Source: Nemertoderma westbladi (taxonomy: Eukaryota; Animalia; Xenacoelomorpha). Taken from it: a stretch of 64,000 nt of DNA. Location: NCBI GenBank assembly GCA_032718475.1, contig JAUCBJ010005021.1, positions 16,451 to 80,450 of the forward strand, in the 5' to 3' direction. Position 1 is the stretch's first letter, and each line of letters begins with the position of its first letter. The position numbers were made by a program, and so were the translations under genes. Under the pieces are notes generated by a model that worked only from the letters and a program-made list of their open reading frames with translations, had not been told where the DNA came from and ran no database searches. This document shows positions 63,566 through 64,000 of the stretch, piece by piece.

Positions 63566-64000
63566 ACACGAAATATGGTAGGTATGCTTGCTATGTACTT
63601 CTTACACTTGCATGTATAAGAACTGATGGAGGAGTGCTCAAAACGTGTTGTGAAAGTTTATTGTTTCTAAGTTTTCGATTGATTACTTTGCAGTATTCTG
63701 CCTATATGCAAGAACAACATAGGCCCTGCAGCATTTCGCTCCGAAAGCGTATGTTTAAGAAGTTTTGAGTACAAGAAGATCTACTATATTTCGCAGCACA
63801 TACTGGTTTTGCCAGCACGAATGCACAGAGTTTATAGGGAAATAAAAGTAAAAGGTTATAATAGCTGTATACGGGTTGGTACACCTAATTGTTGGTCACA
63901 CTTATGTAGTAAAAGCAAGGACTACTGAAGCTTCAGTAGTCCTTGAGTAAAAGACAGTGCGTGAACTGACTATTTACTTCTGTGAGCGAATTAGCATATC

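Overview
AT-rich, transposon-dense eukaryotic (probably invertebrate animal) genomic DNA. One clear host gene: an intronless NOL6/Nrap/Utp22 ORF at 56040-59126. The largest element is a full-length but mutated 15.6-kb BEL/Pao LTR retrotransposon (19168-34791; ~1.15-kb LTRs, CAGAT TSD) with three unusual traits. It has no tRNA primer-binding site; instead an 11-nt sequence next to the 5' LTR is exactly complementary to a site inside the LTR, which would fit Tf1-like self-priming. It has a very long Gag N-terminal extension. It has a degraded accessory ORF in the env position. It landed in a Ulp1-like peptidase remnant and was later hit by an RTE LINE fragment. The window also holds an ~8.2-kb 21/42-bp minisatellite with higher-order structure, several RTE and CR1-type LINE pieces, piggyBac-, hAT- and Tc1/mariner-like MITEs, tRNA-derived SINE heads, a dispersed 68-bp repeat shared by differently armed elements, and many TA-flanked motifs resembling transposon excision footprints. 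All calls come from manual reading; no database searches were run.
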